From Lophium mytilinum (taxonomy: Eukaryota), in contig MU004196.1 in assembly GCA_010093605.1 (NCBI GenBank), positions 1,262,606-1,326,605 on the forward strand: a DNA stretch of 64,000 nucleotides, given 5' to 3'. The notes beneath the pieces are model-generated. The model did no database searches. It had not been told where the DNA came from and saw nothing but the letters and a program-made list of their open reading frames with translations. Each line of letters begins with the position of its first letter. The stretch's first letter is position 1. A program made the position numbers and the translations under genes. Positions 11,254-24,060 of this stretch are shown in pieces.

Positions 11254-12464
11254 TCAGCGCCCCATGGCCTGTGTGAGAGCAAGACGCTTGCTGTAAGGAC
11301 TCAGACTCCTCTCCTTGCGGACTGGCGGTGGCGGAAGAGCTGCATGTCCGTTGCCCATAGTATGCGGGGGAGGCGGTCGTCGGCCATCAGTAGGGGGACC
11401 ACGACGATCCTCGCGAGCACCATTGCGATTCCCAGCATACGGCGCATCCCTAGCGCGAAACGGGCTCCGAGACCGTGAGCGGACTCGACGGGGACCGGGA
11501 CTATTGAAGTCTCCTAATCCATCTGGGCTGCGGGGTCCTCCCTTTGGTGCCATTGGGCGGCGGGGAGGCGACGATCGTCTCCTGGCACGCCTGCTCCTGG
11601 ATCGACTGCGGCTCCTGGACAACGACATGCGTCTTCCGACAGGTGAGAGCCTTCGCCTCCCAAGACTTCGACTACGCGACTTCATCTTCGTGTCCGGAGA
11701 GGCGCGTTGCGGTCTGCCACGTCTGACGGGGCTCCGGCTCTTCGACATGTCCATGCGACTGGAGTATGACCTGCTCCTACGCCTGCCTCGCTGCGCCGGG
11801 CTGAACGAGCTCATCCTCCTCCTCGTATTGCGATCCCCTCTTCCCCTGAATCCATCCTCGTCCGACGAGCTGTGCACTTCCGACAAGGACTCGGACCTCC
11901 GCCGCCTCTTTCGGGCCTCGTTCGGCTTGCGTGGTGATCCCATAGACGTGTCGCGGTCGGCGCGCCTGTCCTTTCGCGGTGGTGGCGAGGGAGAGCGGTT
12001 CGTAGAGATAGTCGACACAGATGAGGAGTATGAGGAAACCGAGCGCGAGCGTTTGCGCGGTGAATGGGGGCCGTCGTCGTCGTCTCGATCGTGCTTGCGG
12101 CCGCGCTCAGCTGCAATCTTGGCAAGTTGCTCGTCGGCGACGCCTTTTCTGTAGCGAAGAGATTAGTTCTGGGGAAAGCTTCGAGGGTGTCTGGGGAGCT
12201 TACTTTCGGAGAAGGTCGTTCGGGACGTCGCTCATCAGCTTTGGGGCTAGCTTTGGGTTGTGAAGCTGCTGGGTTCGGGAGGGCCGGGAGGTATACGGGC
12301 GTTCTTGGGTGGTTGCTTTGCATTCATAGCTGTAGTGCCGTGCGTAGAAGTTAGTTATGGAAGGAGTAATGAGTGAAGGGACTCATATCTTTCTTCAGGC
12401 ACTTCTGACACAGCGTGGTAGCTGTCGCCTTGGAGCGACCACCGTGAGAAGGGCCTCGAAACAT
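11254..12464 (-). CDS. CCHC zinc-knuckle plus RS-rich protein, ZCCHC10/SREK1IP1-like (exons 12464-12389, 12339-12204, 12148-11254)
   Basis: Spliced MFRGPSHGGRSKATATTLCQKCLKK-GHYSYECK...RPYTSRPSRTQQL, long RS tail ending ERSLSPYSKRLALTQAM. Intron 1 is AT-AC; intron 2 (12203-12149) is GT-AG. Confidence 0.85.
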
Positions 12465-13717
12465 GGTCGAGCGTGGTGGAGCCCTTTGTTAGGTATGAAC
12501 GGGAGCCCGGGGCGGTTCGAGCAGAAGTTGAAGGCAGTCTCAGCGAGAGTGGTAGGTGTGGACTCTCGGAGAGGTGAGGTGCAGGTGGAGATGCCTGGCG
12601 GTGATGCGGCGAGCTGAGGCCCAAGGCCGCGTACGAAAATGCTGCCAAGGCCTCGCTCTTTACGAAGTCATGTGCCCTGTGAGTCGAAATGTGAAACAGG
12701 TCGAGGATGATCTCATTGGCTCATATAGCTTGAAATTAATGTGTTCAGTTCGTGTTTCGCTGCAAATGTGAATTTTGGGCGCCGTCTTGTTGCGGCCGCC
12801 TATTGGCCAGCTTCCTTGGACGAAAAGTGGCAGTAGGAACTGTACATCTGTCGATCTGTTCAAAACCTCATGTTCTAGGACACAGTCTATTTACTGGTGT
12901 GTACAATTGGCTGCCGCTCTTTGAGGTCCCCTAGTGAACTATCAATGAGCATGAACCAACAGTTCTGACACGTCGAATTGCTCACCAGGCCACCTCAGAC
13001 GATTTTAACGCCACTTTATGTTTGACGGGGCTTGGTTAGGGTGTGAGGTCAAAACGTCACGTGTAAATGGTCTGCGTTCATACGACGGAGCTTCATTCTG
13101 TTGCTGAGGAATGGAACCAAATGGTCTTACTAACGTACTACATATTATGCATTGGAAGACTCAGAGTTGCGCATGGAATTGTGCGTGCCAAGAGACGACA
13201 GCTTATGCAGACCCGCTGCAAACTGCCCAAGTATGCCAAGGCCGCACGGGCCGCCTCCAACCCAAATTCCTGAGATAGAATCCCACCACGGCCTGCTCTC
13301 CACCTCCCTCCCATCTCGCACCTCCACCGCTGCCCCCATTGCTGCGGTGTCCTCACCTCCTCACCTCGCCCTCGCCCGTACTCAGTACAGGACACGCAAA
13401 CTCCCAGCGCCAGCCCGCTCGATCACCGCGGTGCCACACGACGGCGCAGCAGCTCTCCGCTGGGCTTTCCGCACCCGCCTGGAGCTCCTCCACCCTCGCC
13501 TACTACCTCTTCACCTTCACCTTGCTATGTTGAATACCCATCATGTCCAGTACTCTGGTCTTGGCTACTTTGACTTTCCTTGAGAACCCCGTTTCCTGAG
13601 ATTTGCTTCCGGTCTTCTACCTCTTACTTCCTTACTTGGACGACATCAGTTATCGCTCCGAGCGCCCCAGCACCGCAGCTCCAACTTTCACTATCATTGG
13701 CGTCCCTGGAGCACAAC

Positions 13718-16700
13718 ATGGCCTCCGCAGCGGCTGTCCCCGTCGAGAACATATCGGTGAAACCTTCATTTGCAAAGGCGGGTGGAATCAAGCTTCGACC
13801 CCAGATCGCCGCTCAATCTCGCTAATCTTCACCAGGTCGCAGCATCTGCATACAAACCAACCCCGAATATGAAAGATTCTACCTCTAATGCTCGCCTCTC
13901 CTCGCCGAGCCCGAAGCTCCATATACAACCCACCCCGATGACGGGCTCTAGTGCCGACGCCGTACACCACTTGCATCATAACGATTCCGCGCGGGGACTT
14001 CAAGAGACATCTTGTAGTACAGACTCCCGTACTGGACATTGGGCCAACATGGCCGGCAAACAAGCCACCTCCGAGCCTGGGTCGAAAGACCAGGATGTCG
14101 AGAAACTACCTCCCTCCATTACCCTCGTCAAGTCGCTCGAGACGGAGGACAGCACCACGCAGCTATCGTCGTCGGACGGTTCCGTGAAACCTCCCAGCTT
14201 GGATGGAAAAAGCGTGGCCTCTGCGACGACCTTTGCCCTGGATGAGAAGGAGTCAATCCGGCCCGATGACAGTGCCAGTTTGCGCGCCGTCGAAGAGGAG
14301 GATGTCGTTTCGCCTCCCGACTCCGTTGCAACAGGGTCGCGCGTCGGCTCGGACAGTGGCGTTGCGCGGGCATTTCGCGACCAGCTTCAGGAGATTTCTG
14401 CTATTGGCCCAATACCTCCGCGGGGAGCCCCACCTGGACGGTTTCAAGCACCCAATGTCGGTGGCACTCATGTGCTATTCGATCCAGCCGCTCTCACGGA
14501 TGTCGCTCGACCAGTGTCCCAACCGCTTGTAAATGGCGCTATGAATGCTGCCCAGCCACCAGCGATTCCCGACGAAAAGCTTATCGAAGCTTTGGAGTCC
14601 CCACGAGACCGCCTGTTTGTCTTGAAGCTCGAGCAAGATTTCATCGACTTTGTCAAGGACTCCAAGTACGTCGCATCGGAAGCTCATACGTTGAAGTCCG
14701 AGCTGATAGTGATTAGCGAGAGTGAGCTGTCACTACCCAACTGTAACACGTTCTACAGGATGCTCACGCATCGACTCGCCGATTATTATTTGCTCGGTCA
14801 TGTCGTCGATGACTCGATGACTGCTGTCAAGATATCGAAGACGTCCTATTGCAGAATGTAAGTTTATACCCTTTCATTGAATTTGTTTCTGGCGACGACA
14901 ACGGCAACGGCAACGGCAACGGTGACGGCAACGACGACGGCATCGACGAAGACGAAGCGAGGGCGAAGGCGATAGGAGTGGTGGTCAGAGTTTGCAAAGG
15001 ATGGGAATCGGTAATTGGGGTGGGAGCCAGGAGTCAAGGTAGAAGTCGAGATGGGAATCGGAATGACGATGGTGATGGCGATGGTGATGGGGACAAGAAC
15101 CACGACTGCTCTCATTCCCTGACAACTTGGACCACCCTTACAGCACCCCAAGCCTCCCATCGCGGAACGCCACTGGCCCCCAAAGTTTTTCCTTGCTCTA
15201 TCAAGAGCCCCAATCCCCCCGAAGACTATCAAGCTGACACTTATATTACAGTCCACCGCCGCTTTCAGCCCTGCCAGTTCACTCGAAAATCGCGGCTACG
15301 CCGCCTTCCGATCTACCCGCTCGGAAGATCATGCGCCGTGGCGGTGAGAAGTCTGGTACTAACACAAATGCTAACTCTGAAAATCCTTCCAAGACTACTT
15401 CTGAAGCAGGCGGTGGTAGTAGCGACGGCGGAGACGAGGGCAAAGACAAGTCGGCCTTGACAAGAGAAGAGAGGGAGGCTAGATATAAGGAGGCCAGACA
15501 GCGTATTTTCGGTGCTGTGGAAGCCGAAGAGAACGAGGCCACAGCAGCTGCCGCCGGTTTGAATGAGGAGACGGATATGTCGAGATCGAGTTCTGCGTCG
15601 GGCAAGAAGAAGGGGAAGAAGCAACGCAACTACGACGATGATGGTTTCGAAGCACGTTCACGGTTTAACGTCTTCTATCCTCAGCCCTTCAGTCCGCCTG
15701 CTTATACTGGAGATCCGGCCACCGCCTACTACGGACAGTACCCTCCTGTCACTATGCAGACTCCACAACAATTCCCTGCCATGGGTCCTACCGCATCGCC
15801 TGCGGCATATAATGGAGCTTACCCTGCCATGCATCAGGACAGTCAGCCACAGTATGGGTGGCCCAATCAGGGTTTTCAGCCTAGTAACGTCCCCGCTAGC
15901 TACAATAACTATACTGGTGCAATCCCAACTGGATACGATCTGCCCGCCGACTTCCAGAGAAGCATGTCATTCCAGCCGCCGCCGATGCCCTCCCAGGTCA
16001 CACCCAAGATGTCGGTCCCAACAATGGCTCATTACCAGGAATCATACCGACAACAGACTATGCCGACCCAACAGTGGCCGCAGGCACCCCAGCAGCATGG
16101 ATTTCAAATGAACGCTCAGTTCAGCCAGAACAATCTCGGTGATCGCCCAATGTCAGCTTCCGGGCATGGACCTGTTCCAGGGCCATATCCTTATGGTCAG
16201 TTTCCCAGTGCTGGTTTCAATGGTGCGAAGAACAGGAGCCAACATCCTCTCCCAGGCAGTTTCAACCGCCAGCAGTTCAATCCCCAAAGCCAGGCGTTCG
16301 TTCCGACTCATCGTAACAGCTCGTTCCCCATTCAGCAGCAGAGTATGCAGTCCAATATGCAGTCCAATGTGCAGCATCAGAACATGAATGGTTATAGCAG
16401 CTACCCAGTCCCTGTGCCGATGGGAAACCAGATGCAGATGGCCAGCCAGGTGCCGATGATAAACCAGATGCAGCGGCCCAGTCCTCCTTCCACCCAGCCG
16501 TCATCCTTCAACGGTCCTCGCGCCCCGCAGAGCTCTAACTCTACTCCCTCAAAACCCAGTGGGCAGGTCATCTCGCATCCGCTTCCTCAGCCCATTCCCA
16601 TGTCGGCATCGTCCCAAGCCACGTCAACGCAGTCGACCAACTCGTCGATCCCGCCTCAGAGCAGCATCGCGAAGTGGGGTGTGCCATCCCATCTCCCCCC

Positions 16701-16878
16701 GAAGCCGCCTCCACCAGCCCAACCTCAGCCTCCGAAGTTCGCCCTACCAGTCCACAACTTCGCTGCTGTCCCCCGGCCTGTGAACATGCCGCAGGGCTTC
16801 CCGGTCAACAACGGCGTCTCTCTTCGGGGTGGAAATGGTAGCGCGCCTGGCGACGGGGCGAACGGCCGCCCGGCTTAG
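13718..16878 (+). CDS. R3H/SUZ-domain RNA-binding protein (exons 13718-13777, 13836-14665, 14717-14857, 15252-16878)
   Basis: R3H motif CNTFYRMLTHRLADYYLLGH, SUZ motif TREEREARYKEARQRIF, PAM2-like FNPQSQAFVP and a P/Q-rich tail. Introns: GC-AG 13778-13835, GT-AG 14666-14716 and 14858-15251. Confidence 0.85.
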
Positions 16879-18400
16879 TGACACAGAACGACTTTGACGA
16901 CTCTCCTCAGTTTCTGGATGCATAAATTCGGGATATGGTGCATTGCGATGGTGTTGCGATAATTCGAGGCTGTTCCCATGGTATGTCTTTTCTTTTCTTT
17001 TTCTTCACTGGGTATGCACCATTGTGGCGAGCTCTCTGGGTGGATCGATGGGATGGTCGGCTGGAAGGTTGGAGGGCTGTTAGTGGATGGCCTCTGGATG
17101 GCTCGATGGTCAGACTGCTCGACGGTCTGGTATCTGGAGGGTTTGACCGCTGGATTGCTCAATCACTAGACTGCTCACAGTCTGGAGTGTGAAGCAGGCA
17201 GAGATGGTGGGTGTGCCTGGTATACGGTGGAAAAGCTTTTTTTTTTCTTCCTTTAGTCTGCTGGTGGATGGAGGGTTAGTAGAGACAGTAGTGTGGTCTA
17301 GTATGAAAACCCTTTTAGAGTATGGTGGGTGCTGTGTGGTCGTGATACATGTGCAATGACTGCATGCTGAGGTTTGCGTCGCTGGTGAGACTTCCTCTAT
17401 TCAGTTCGGGAATTTCGTTTTCTTTTCTCAAGTTCTCGCACCACCGGTACAGTGACAAGCCACGAGTCTAGGCACATTGGTTCGCCACTGCTCAGCGTAC
17501 CCCTACAGGGTTTCAAGACACAAGGGCGATGTCAAGCTTCAAGCAGTGCGTTTCAGACTGCCTCTTGACTGATTACTTGCTCAGCAGCCAAGCTACCCCT
17601 AACAGTGGTGTTGGGTGAGCAGGTTGGAGCCGAGCTGTAATAGGTCCGTATGCCCAGATTCATGGCCTAGGACTGTAAAATCCCCTTGGCTGTTCGGTAG
17701 ATTAGTGAGTTTAAGAGGTTATATTCACATTTCTTTGTCATTTGCTTTTTGCTTCTTGCTTCTTGGTTAGAGATGTTTGGGGAGAAGAAGGTGAGGTATC
17801 ACGTGCTCGCCAGCGAGAGTTTTCATGTGGTAGACAGCGATTTAGCCTTGTGGCTAGAGGGAGGCTGTGCTTAGAACAGAGGAATGAATGGTCGGGGCTA
17901 CGAGGGTAAAGACCTGTTGGAGTTTCGCCGTTCAAAGGGACTTACACAGGGCCACCTCATTCCCTGTAGGCGAAAGCAGGATCCTAGGCTACTGGGATGC
18001 GTCAGCATTTCTTCGTCTTCGACGAAGTCGACGAAGGAGCTGCTTGAGAGGTTGTAGCGGAGCGTGGTGCGGGCGAGGACGCAGGCGTGCGCAGGATCAT
18101 TAATGTTAAGCCCGTATTTGGGGTGAGTGAAGCGCTCATAGCGAGTTGGCAGGGCGCCTAGTGTGCGCTATTATCGCTAGTGAGTAGGGCTATGAAGGGG
18201 TCGTCGGGTGGGAGGGCTAGCCGGCGTATGGTCTGACGGCTGGTGTTGAGGATGATTCTGGTGGGAACAGGATCTTTTGCGTATCGAAGGTCCGCATTGC
18301 TGGCTGCCCCCATCTGTCCATCACGATTGCCAGTGCGTTAGTGGATTCTTTGGCTTGCATGCTCATGTCAGTCCAGGAATCGTTGACAGGGCCTTCTACA

Positions 18401-18606
18401 TGCTGCCGTCGATATAACCGGTCGACGGCTTCTGGGGCGTTTCTCAATAGTCATTCGAGAGGGGAGCGCACAGAGGGATAGAAAGATGTCCAATTAACTT
18501 AGGTGCTGCCGTCGTTATATCCGGTCGTCGGTTTCCGGGGCGTTTCTCAACGGTCATTCGAGGGGAAAGCGCACAGAGTGATAGAAAGACGTCCAATCAA
18601 CTTAGG
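18401..18606. repeat. Imperfect tandem duplication, 2 x ~103 bp
   Basis: TGCTGCCGTCG...GGGGCGTTTCTCAA..GTCATTCGAG...GCGCACAGAG.GATAGAAAGA.GTCCAAT.AACTTAGG begins at 18401 and again at 18504. Confidence 0.85.
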
Positions 18607-19615
18607 CCCGTATTCGGAGTGGGTGTAGCGCTCGCAGCGAGGTTGATATGGGGCCCAAGTGCATTTTTGTCGCAGGCCAGAAGGCATACTCGGACGCTGG
18701 TGACCTTCGCAAATCCTCATGGCGGCGAATGGCCACTCAGGACTATTCCGCGATCCGCCGGGCACTCACCTGGAAGTTGGGCCAGCGAACCAGTGTTAAC
18801 GCTTAATTGCGACGCTCCAGACAGGGTTCAGCTCCGCCACGTACGAACGTGGCTCTTCAGCCTTATAATTACCGCAGTCAGTGCATTTATGTTGTGGGGT
18901 TATGGCATCATGTAATTCTTATTGCTGCTCTTGACCGCAGCAGGTAAGATTATTCTTTACCTCCTCCTCCTCCTCCCCCGCCCGTTCCCTATCCACATCT
19001 GAGGCAATTCGCATTAGATATAGTGGCACGACCCTGCCGTTGCTTTATTGTAGTCACCTTGAAAACATTAAACTATTCTAGCATCTCTTACCTATTCTGG
19101 ATACTCGAATATGACGCTTCGCAGGGGCTGCGTTGAATACACTCCCCGAGTCGCCTCGCTCTCACGCCTAATCCACTTCGCCTCCCATAGTTTTCTTCGT
19201 CTCTTCGCAGAGGTCTTCAGTAAAGACACTATCGCACCACGCCAATCGACGTACAGATCGTGGCCAGGCAACTTGCTACCAGGTAAGTAGCTCAAAAAAT
19301 TCTCAATGACCGCAGGGCATCCTTATAATCGGCCGCTAACTCGTTTAAGCTTTAGCTTATTCGTTTCACAGAATCGTCTTTAAGGTTTAGGGAACGTTCG
19401 TACATCAATCTACCGTTTCAACCATCAACACACGTACATAGCACTCGTCTTATTCTTCCAGGGACATCCCAGTTCGGGTACGTACCGGCTCAGCTTCATC
19501 CTATTTCCCAACGCGCTGTAGCTAATTTCATTGCAGTTTTATTCAGCAGTTTTGCAATCATCTAAGACCAAAAATATCTATCTCGTACAGCTGTCGTCAC
19601 ACACCAACACCCAGC

Positions 19616-20056
19616 ATGTCCACGCAAATTCCGCAAACGACACACCTGCAATTCTCGATAGAAGCAATACTTGGTATCATCTTTGGCATTCTCACGCTCA
19701 CCGCCACCGTTGCGAGCATCCGGTACAAAGATTCCATCTGCATTCTTGTGTTTCGCTTGTGTCGAAGACATCGCCGGCGGAGAGGTAGGTAGTTCAGACT
19801 CACATACAACAGCCGAAAGAAGCGCTCACCCATATTAGACATCGAAACCACCACTACGTCCGGGACAGAGAACTCACGAACTCTGCCTATCCGTGGGCTC
19901 TTCCTGGACTGGCCGTCGCCATACGACGCGAGCCAGATGGAGATGTGGGAGTGGGAGCGAGTGAGGAGGAGCGGGGTGGGGAGGAGGACCCTGGGGTGGG
20001 GAGAGGGTGAGGGCGGGGCTGCTGCATCATGTATGGAAAATGGATCGACGATATGA
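19616..20056 (+). CDS. TM microprotein family copy A, 128 aa (exons 19616-19784, 19839-20056)
   Basis: MSTQIPQTTHLQFSIEAILGIIFGILTLTATVASIRYKDSICILVFRLCRRHRRRR|DIE...FLDWPSPYDASQMEMWEWERVRR; phase-1 intron GTAGGT...TAG. Confidence 0.75.
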
Positions 20057-21297
20057 TCTTTACGGACCGATGACCGCTGCCTGCGATGCAGGTGTTACGA
20101 AGCACAGGTCCCCGCGAGTTGCAGCCTCGTGGCTTGAGCCGAGTCGGACCAGGCTGTAAAGGGTGGAGAGTGTCTGGGGTTGCGAGGCTGAAGGCTAACG
20201 GGGTTGACTAGCGGCTGGAATCTTGACAGCACTCGACTACTAACCTCTGGTGTGGCCAGTCGCTGTGGATCAGTCTTTATGCAGCTGCGGTATTGCGCTG
20301 CGAGTACTAGGGTGTGTGTGCATAGTGGCCGTGCGTGGTGGCGTGGGAAGCCTGAAATCTGGGGTTCATCGTCGAATCGGTTTTGGATGGGAAAACTACT
20401 GTGACAGGTCTCAGAGTTCATTGAGAGTGCCTATATCACCAGAAGTTGTGGGAGGCGATGGACGGAGAAAGCTCGGCCGATAGCTTGTGTTTGAACTAGG
20501 TGAAGCCGAGAGCTTATGGATACTTCAGATTTTAAGGTTAAGTGCTACTCGGCCATTATGTTATGCAAGAAGGAATGCCCAAAGAATGCGCGAAGAACTC
20601 GCGGGGACTTTGAGGGCGAATAAGCTCGGCTGAATCGGAATCAGGCTGAGCCAAGGTCGGTAGCAGGCTGAAGAATAAACGCGACCACTCGCTTACCAGC
20701 TCTCCAAACAGCACGCAGCTGACGTATCACTAATCAGTGGAGGTGTAGTCAGAGGGCTGATAAATGACATATCCAGGTTTGGCCGCTTTAATGCTTCATA
20801 ATGTCTATTCTTCATAAGCTTCTATCTTCACAGCCACTCTTGGAAGGGTTCCATTAAATATATGGATATAAGAACCTTGATAGACATCCGGTAGACGTAT
20901 CTCGGTGTCTATGTATACTCCAGTCACCTTTCGTTTGAGACAAAGGATCGCCATTTGCACTTGCGGATCATTTGGCGCCTGATAGCTTCCGAGGCCAATA
21001 AGATAGTTGCCAGGTACGTACTTCATCTTCGCTCATATTCTTTCTGGATAGTCATACCGTCACTCTCGCCGGAGAAAGGGCCCTAGTCCTTGCGATACAC
21101 TCACATTGGTTTCGAGACTCTTCTGATTTCCCCCTTTCCTTATTTTTCACAACTTTGCCGATGTTTACCTTTCTAACCATGTGCTTACAAGCTTAGGTAT
21201 AAAACTTATACCATTCTCGATACCAGCTAGCAGCACCTGTACCCTACTTCGAACCCATAAGCATTCAGGCCGATCCGACGTACCTCACTCGTTCATA

Positions 21298-21731
21298 ATG
21301 TCAGAGCCAAACTCGCAGCCACTCCATCCCCGCCTCTCCACCGAAGCAATCCTCGGCATCATATTCGGGATACTCACGATCGTGGCCCCCGTCGCCAGTA
21401 TCCGATGCAAAGATTCCATATGCGCTCGTCTCGGTCGCTTTTGTTGCCGGTCGCGTGGGCGGACGGGTACCAGTCACCTTTTTGCCAAGTCTTGGAGTCA
21501 ACCGCTTACCGAGAAACGATAGCTGGTGCGTGTGATCTGGGGACTGCGACTACTTCAGCACAGCGAGTGGCTTGTGGCGTGCCCGGTCGTAATACGCTGG
21601 AGTTGGGGTTTTGGCCTTGCCCGTTTGAAGCTTGTCAGATAGAGATGAGAGAGTGGGATCGAGCGAGGGAAAGTGGCAGTGTGGATGAGGTTAGAGGGCC
21701 GGCAAGGAGACGAAGCCAGACGATTCTTTGA
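21298..21731 (+). CDS. TM microprotein family copy B, 125 aa (exons 21298-21466, 21523-21731)
   Basis: MSEPNSQPLHPRLSTEAILGIIFGILTIVAPVASIRCKDSICARLGRFCCRSRGRT|AGACDLG...ELGFWPCPFEACQIEMREWDRAR; phase-1 intron with a weak donor (GTACCA). Confidence 0.65.
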
Positions 21732-23359
21732 GATGATTGCAATGGTTTAGAAGAAAGCGCTTGATTGGAATTTCTTTATACTCACCTACTACATGTACTG
21801 TACCCTAGATGATTAGATACCCATTTTTTACTCCCCTTTCGACTTCTAAGAGGTGTCTTCACGTTCAACAAAATGTTGCCCGTCCAAACATGCACCTAGC
21901 TATGTGCAACTCGGGAAGCGGTATGTAGCTAGGTGATGAGGCGGGATGAAGTCAGGATTAGCATCGGTCAGGGTCCCCTTTAGTCCCACTTCCCGGGGTT
22001 CCGAGATCGGCCGCCCGGCTTGGCAGAAGTCAAAGTCCACATCGCTCCTTGTTTCAACAGTCTTCATCTCTCGAATAACTAGTTCATCGTCTTCATCACA
22101 TCCTGCAATTTCTCCTTGCTCCACTCGAAGCCAGACAAGAATGGATATGCGAAAGCTCGAAATTTTCTTTGTTTGTTCATCAGTAATTCTATTCTACCCT
22201 GGATTGAAAATTCAGCCGCCCTCCCTCAAATCTAGATTTCCGCATCTATTCTCTTTAACCCGCCTCTTCGCCCAAAGTATACCCCCGCGAGGCTGAGATG
22301 GCACGTGCCTTTACCAGCGGATCGAAGCCGGATTGATGTTCAGCCTTGTGGTTCCAGCCTGGTGGCCCCAGCGTCTGCGGCATCACCGGCATCACCGTCA
22401 TCCGCATCTTCTCCGAAATTTCATCGCCAATCATGAGCTCAAGGTCACGTTTTTGGTCCAGAGTCACATCTATACCTCGAGCTTGCCACTCTAGAAACAG
22501 TCCAGGCGACGCGCTGTCTCTTCCCGGGTTTTGTGCTGTGGCTGCTGGCATGGAAGCTACCGCCTCAGCTACCGCGTCATCTTTCATCGCCGGCCCGCCG
22601 AGGGGTATCCCTGTACCTGTGAGTGGAACTACTACGCCACCTCTTCAACGGCCTTGCGGCACCATCCTCCACTAGCTGTCCGCTGGGAACGAGCTGGGTC
22701 TTACCGGTTGAAGCATTGACTAGGTAGTTCACGTGTTGCCCACTCTTTCCATGAGGCCGATCTGGATCCTCCAGATCACTTGTTAACATGGTTTGATGCA
22801 ATGCTCCGGTACGTACAGCTCCTCGCTTACGTGCAGCTGAAGGTGTAATACCAGCTTACGCATGCTTTGCTCCTGAACGGAGATGACGATCCCAAATACG
22901 TGGTGTTAATCACGGAGGAGCTCGGTGGCCGTTCTGTAGGCTGTTGATTGATACTGGATCGGCGATGCTATATCTTCTTGCACCCAGCGTCTTCGGCTGC
23001 TACATTTTAGCAGAAGCAGCTATTGCCCGGTGGAGCGAGCTGAAGCCACCGAACCCGCCTGGTAGAGCGCGATTTTCCAGCGGCACCCATGCAGCGGGGT
23101 GCTGCTCGTCGGGGAGTCCGCAGCCACCGGGGGTGCACGACCTAACAAAACGCTCGGGAGGAGGCCGGCACCCTCTCCTTGAATTGTGCATGGCTGGGAC
23201 TAGGAAGCGAATCCTACAGGCACCGACCCACTGACCAGTCGCACTCCCGGGAGAAATGCTGCTAATTAAGGTGCTAGAGCTCAGTCTAATCGCCAGCATG
23301 ATGCTCAGATGGTATACTTGTATGGTCCTATTCTCCCCGCACTTTACACTCTGCGTGAG

Positions 23360-23640
23360 CGTGATCTCTGGCTTGTTATCAGCAATCACGACTCCATACC
23401 TAGGAGCTCTGTCCGATCGATACGGCCGCAAGAAACTCCTCATAGTAACGACGTTAGGCATGCTCGTTGGAGAGGTCATTACCATATTCACGGCCAGCTT
23501 CCCGTATACTATCAACGTGAATCGGATTCTCCTAGGACAGGCCTTTGATGGCCTGTGTGGCTCCTTCATTATCGGCATGGCGGTGGCACGCTCTTAGGCC
23601 ACTGACTGCACTCCTCCTCGATCAAGGAACGTTGCATCGG
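23360..23640 (+). pseudogene. MFS transporter fragment (DHA/tetracycline-efflux-like, N-terminal helices)
   Basis: MFS motif A, GALSDRYGRK, and DGLCGSF. An in-frame TAG (23595-23597) precedes ATDCTPPRSRNVA. The rest of the gene is absent. Confidence 0.75.
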
Positions 23641-23976
23641 TGAGGCGCAAGCTCTTCTCCTGTCACTATCGTACTACTCTAGTATTTGTGTCGCCTGTAC
23701 GGTATTCTCTATTGTCTTATCGTTTGTATCATTCATCTATACTATACCTCACAACTCGTCAGGGAACAGTCCGTTCACACATCATTCTCACCAGCCTTGA
23801 GATGCAGATGCAAATTTGCGAAGCCATCTCATCAACTTGCCCTTGGTTAGTGCTCCCGAATCTCACATCTTCTAGTTGTGGGACAACGCTGCATACTATC
23901 AACCTAACCCTGCCCGATATTCACGTCTCATCCATTCTCTTCCAAATTGCCTAGAGAACCACCGTGCGCTATAGGC

Positions 23977-24060
23977 TTCGAGCCAGTGGCGGACATTATC
24001 TTCAAAATGCTGACGCTCGCGGCGACGGTTGCAAGCATTCGATTGCAAGACTCGGTGAAC
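23977..24060 (+). pseudogene. TM microprotein family copy C, decayed exon-1 remnant
   Basis: FEPVADIIFKMLTLAATVASIRLQDSV aligns to EAILGIIFGILTLTATVASIRYKDSI. No ATG, no poly-Arg/intron junction and no exon 2 found. Confidence 0.65.

Noticed and set aside
11315..12154. 279-aa plus-strand ORF
   Set aside because: Antisense shadow of the RS-rich gene.
14849..15460. 203-aa ORF with GN/GD repeats
   Set aside because: Non-ATG start; it lies largely in intron 3 of the R3H gene and stays open because of simple repeats.
18850..18950. Hydrophobic stretch followed by GTAAG, considered as an eleventh family copy
   Set aside because: It lacks the EAI/SIRY signature, poly-Arg and the exon-2 motif, and contains a stop.
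21900..22801. Minus-strand ORF pieces that look protein-like
   Set aside because: Could be a relic gene, but I could not join or identify them.
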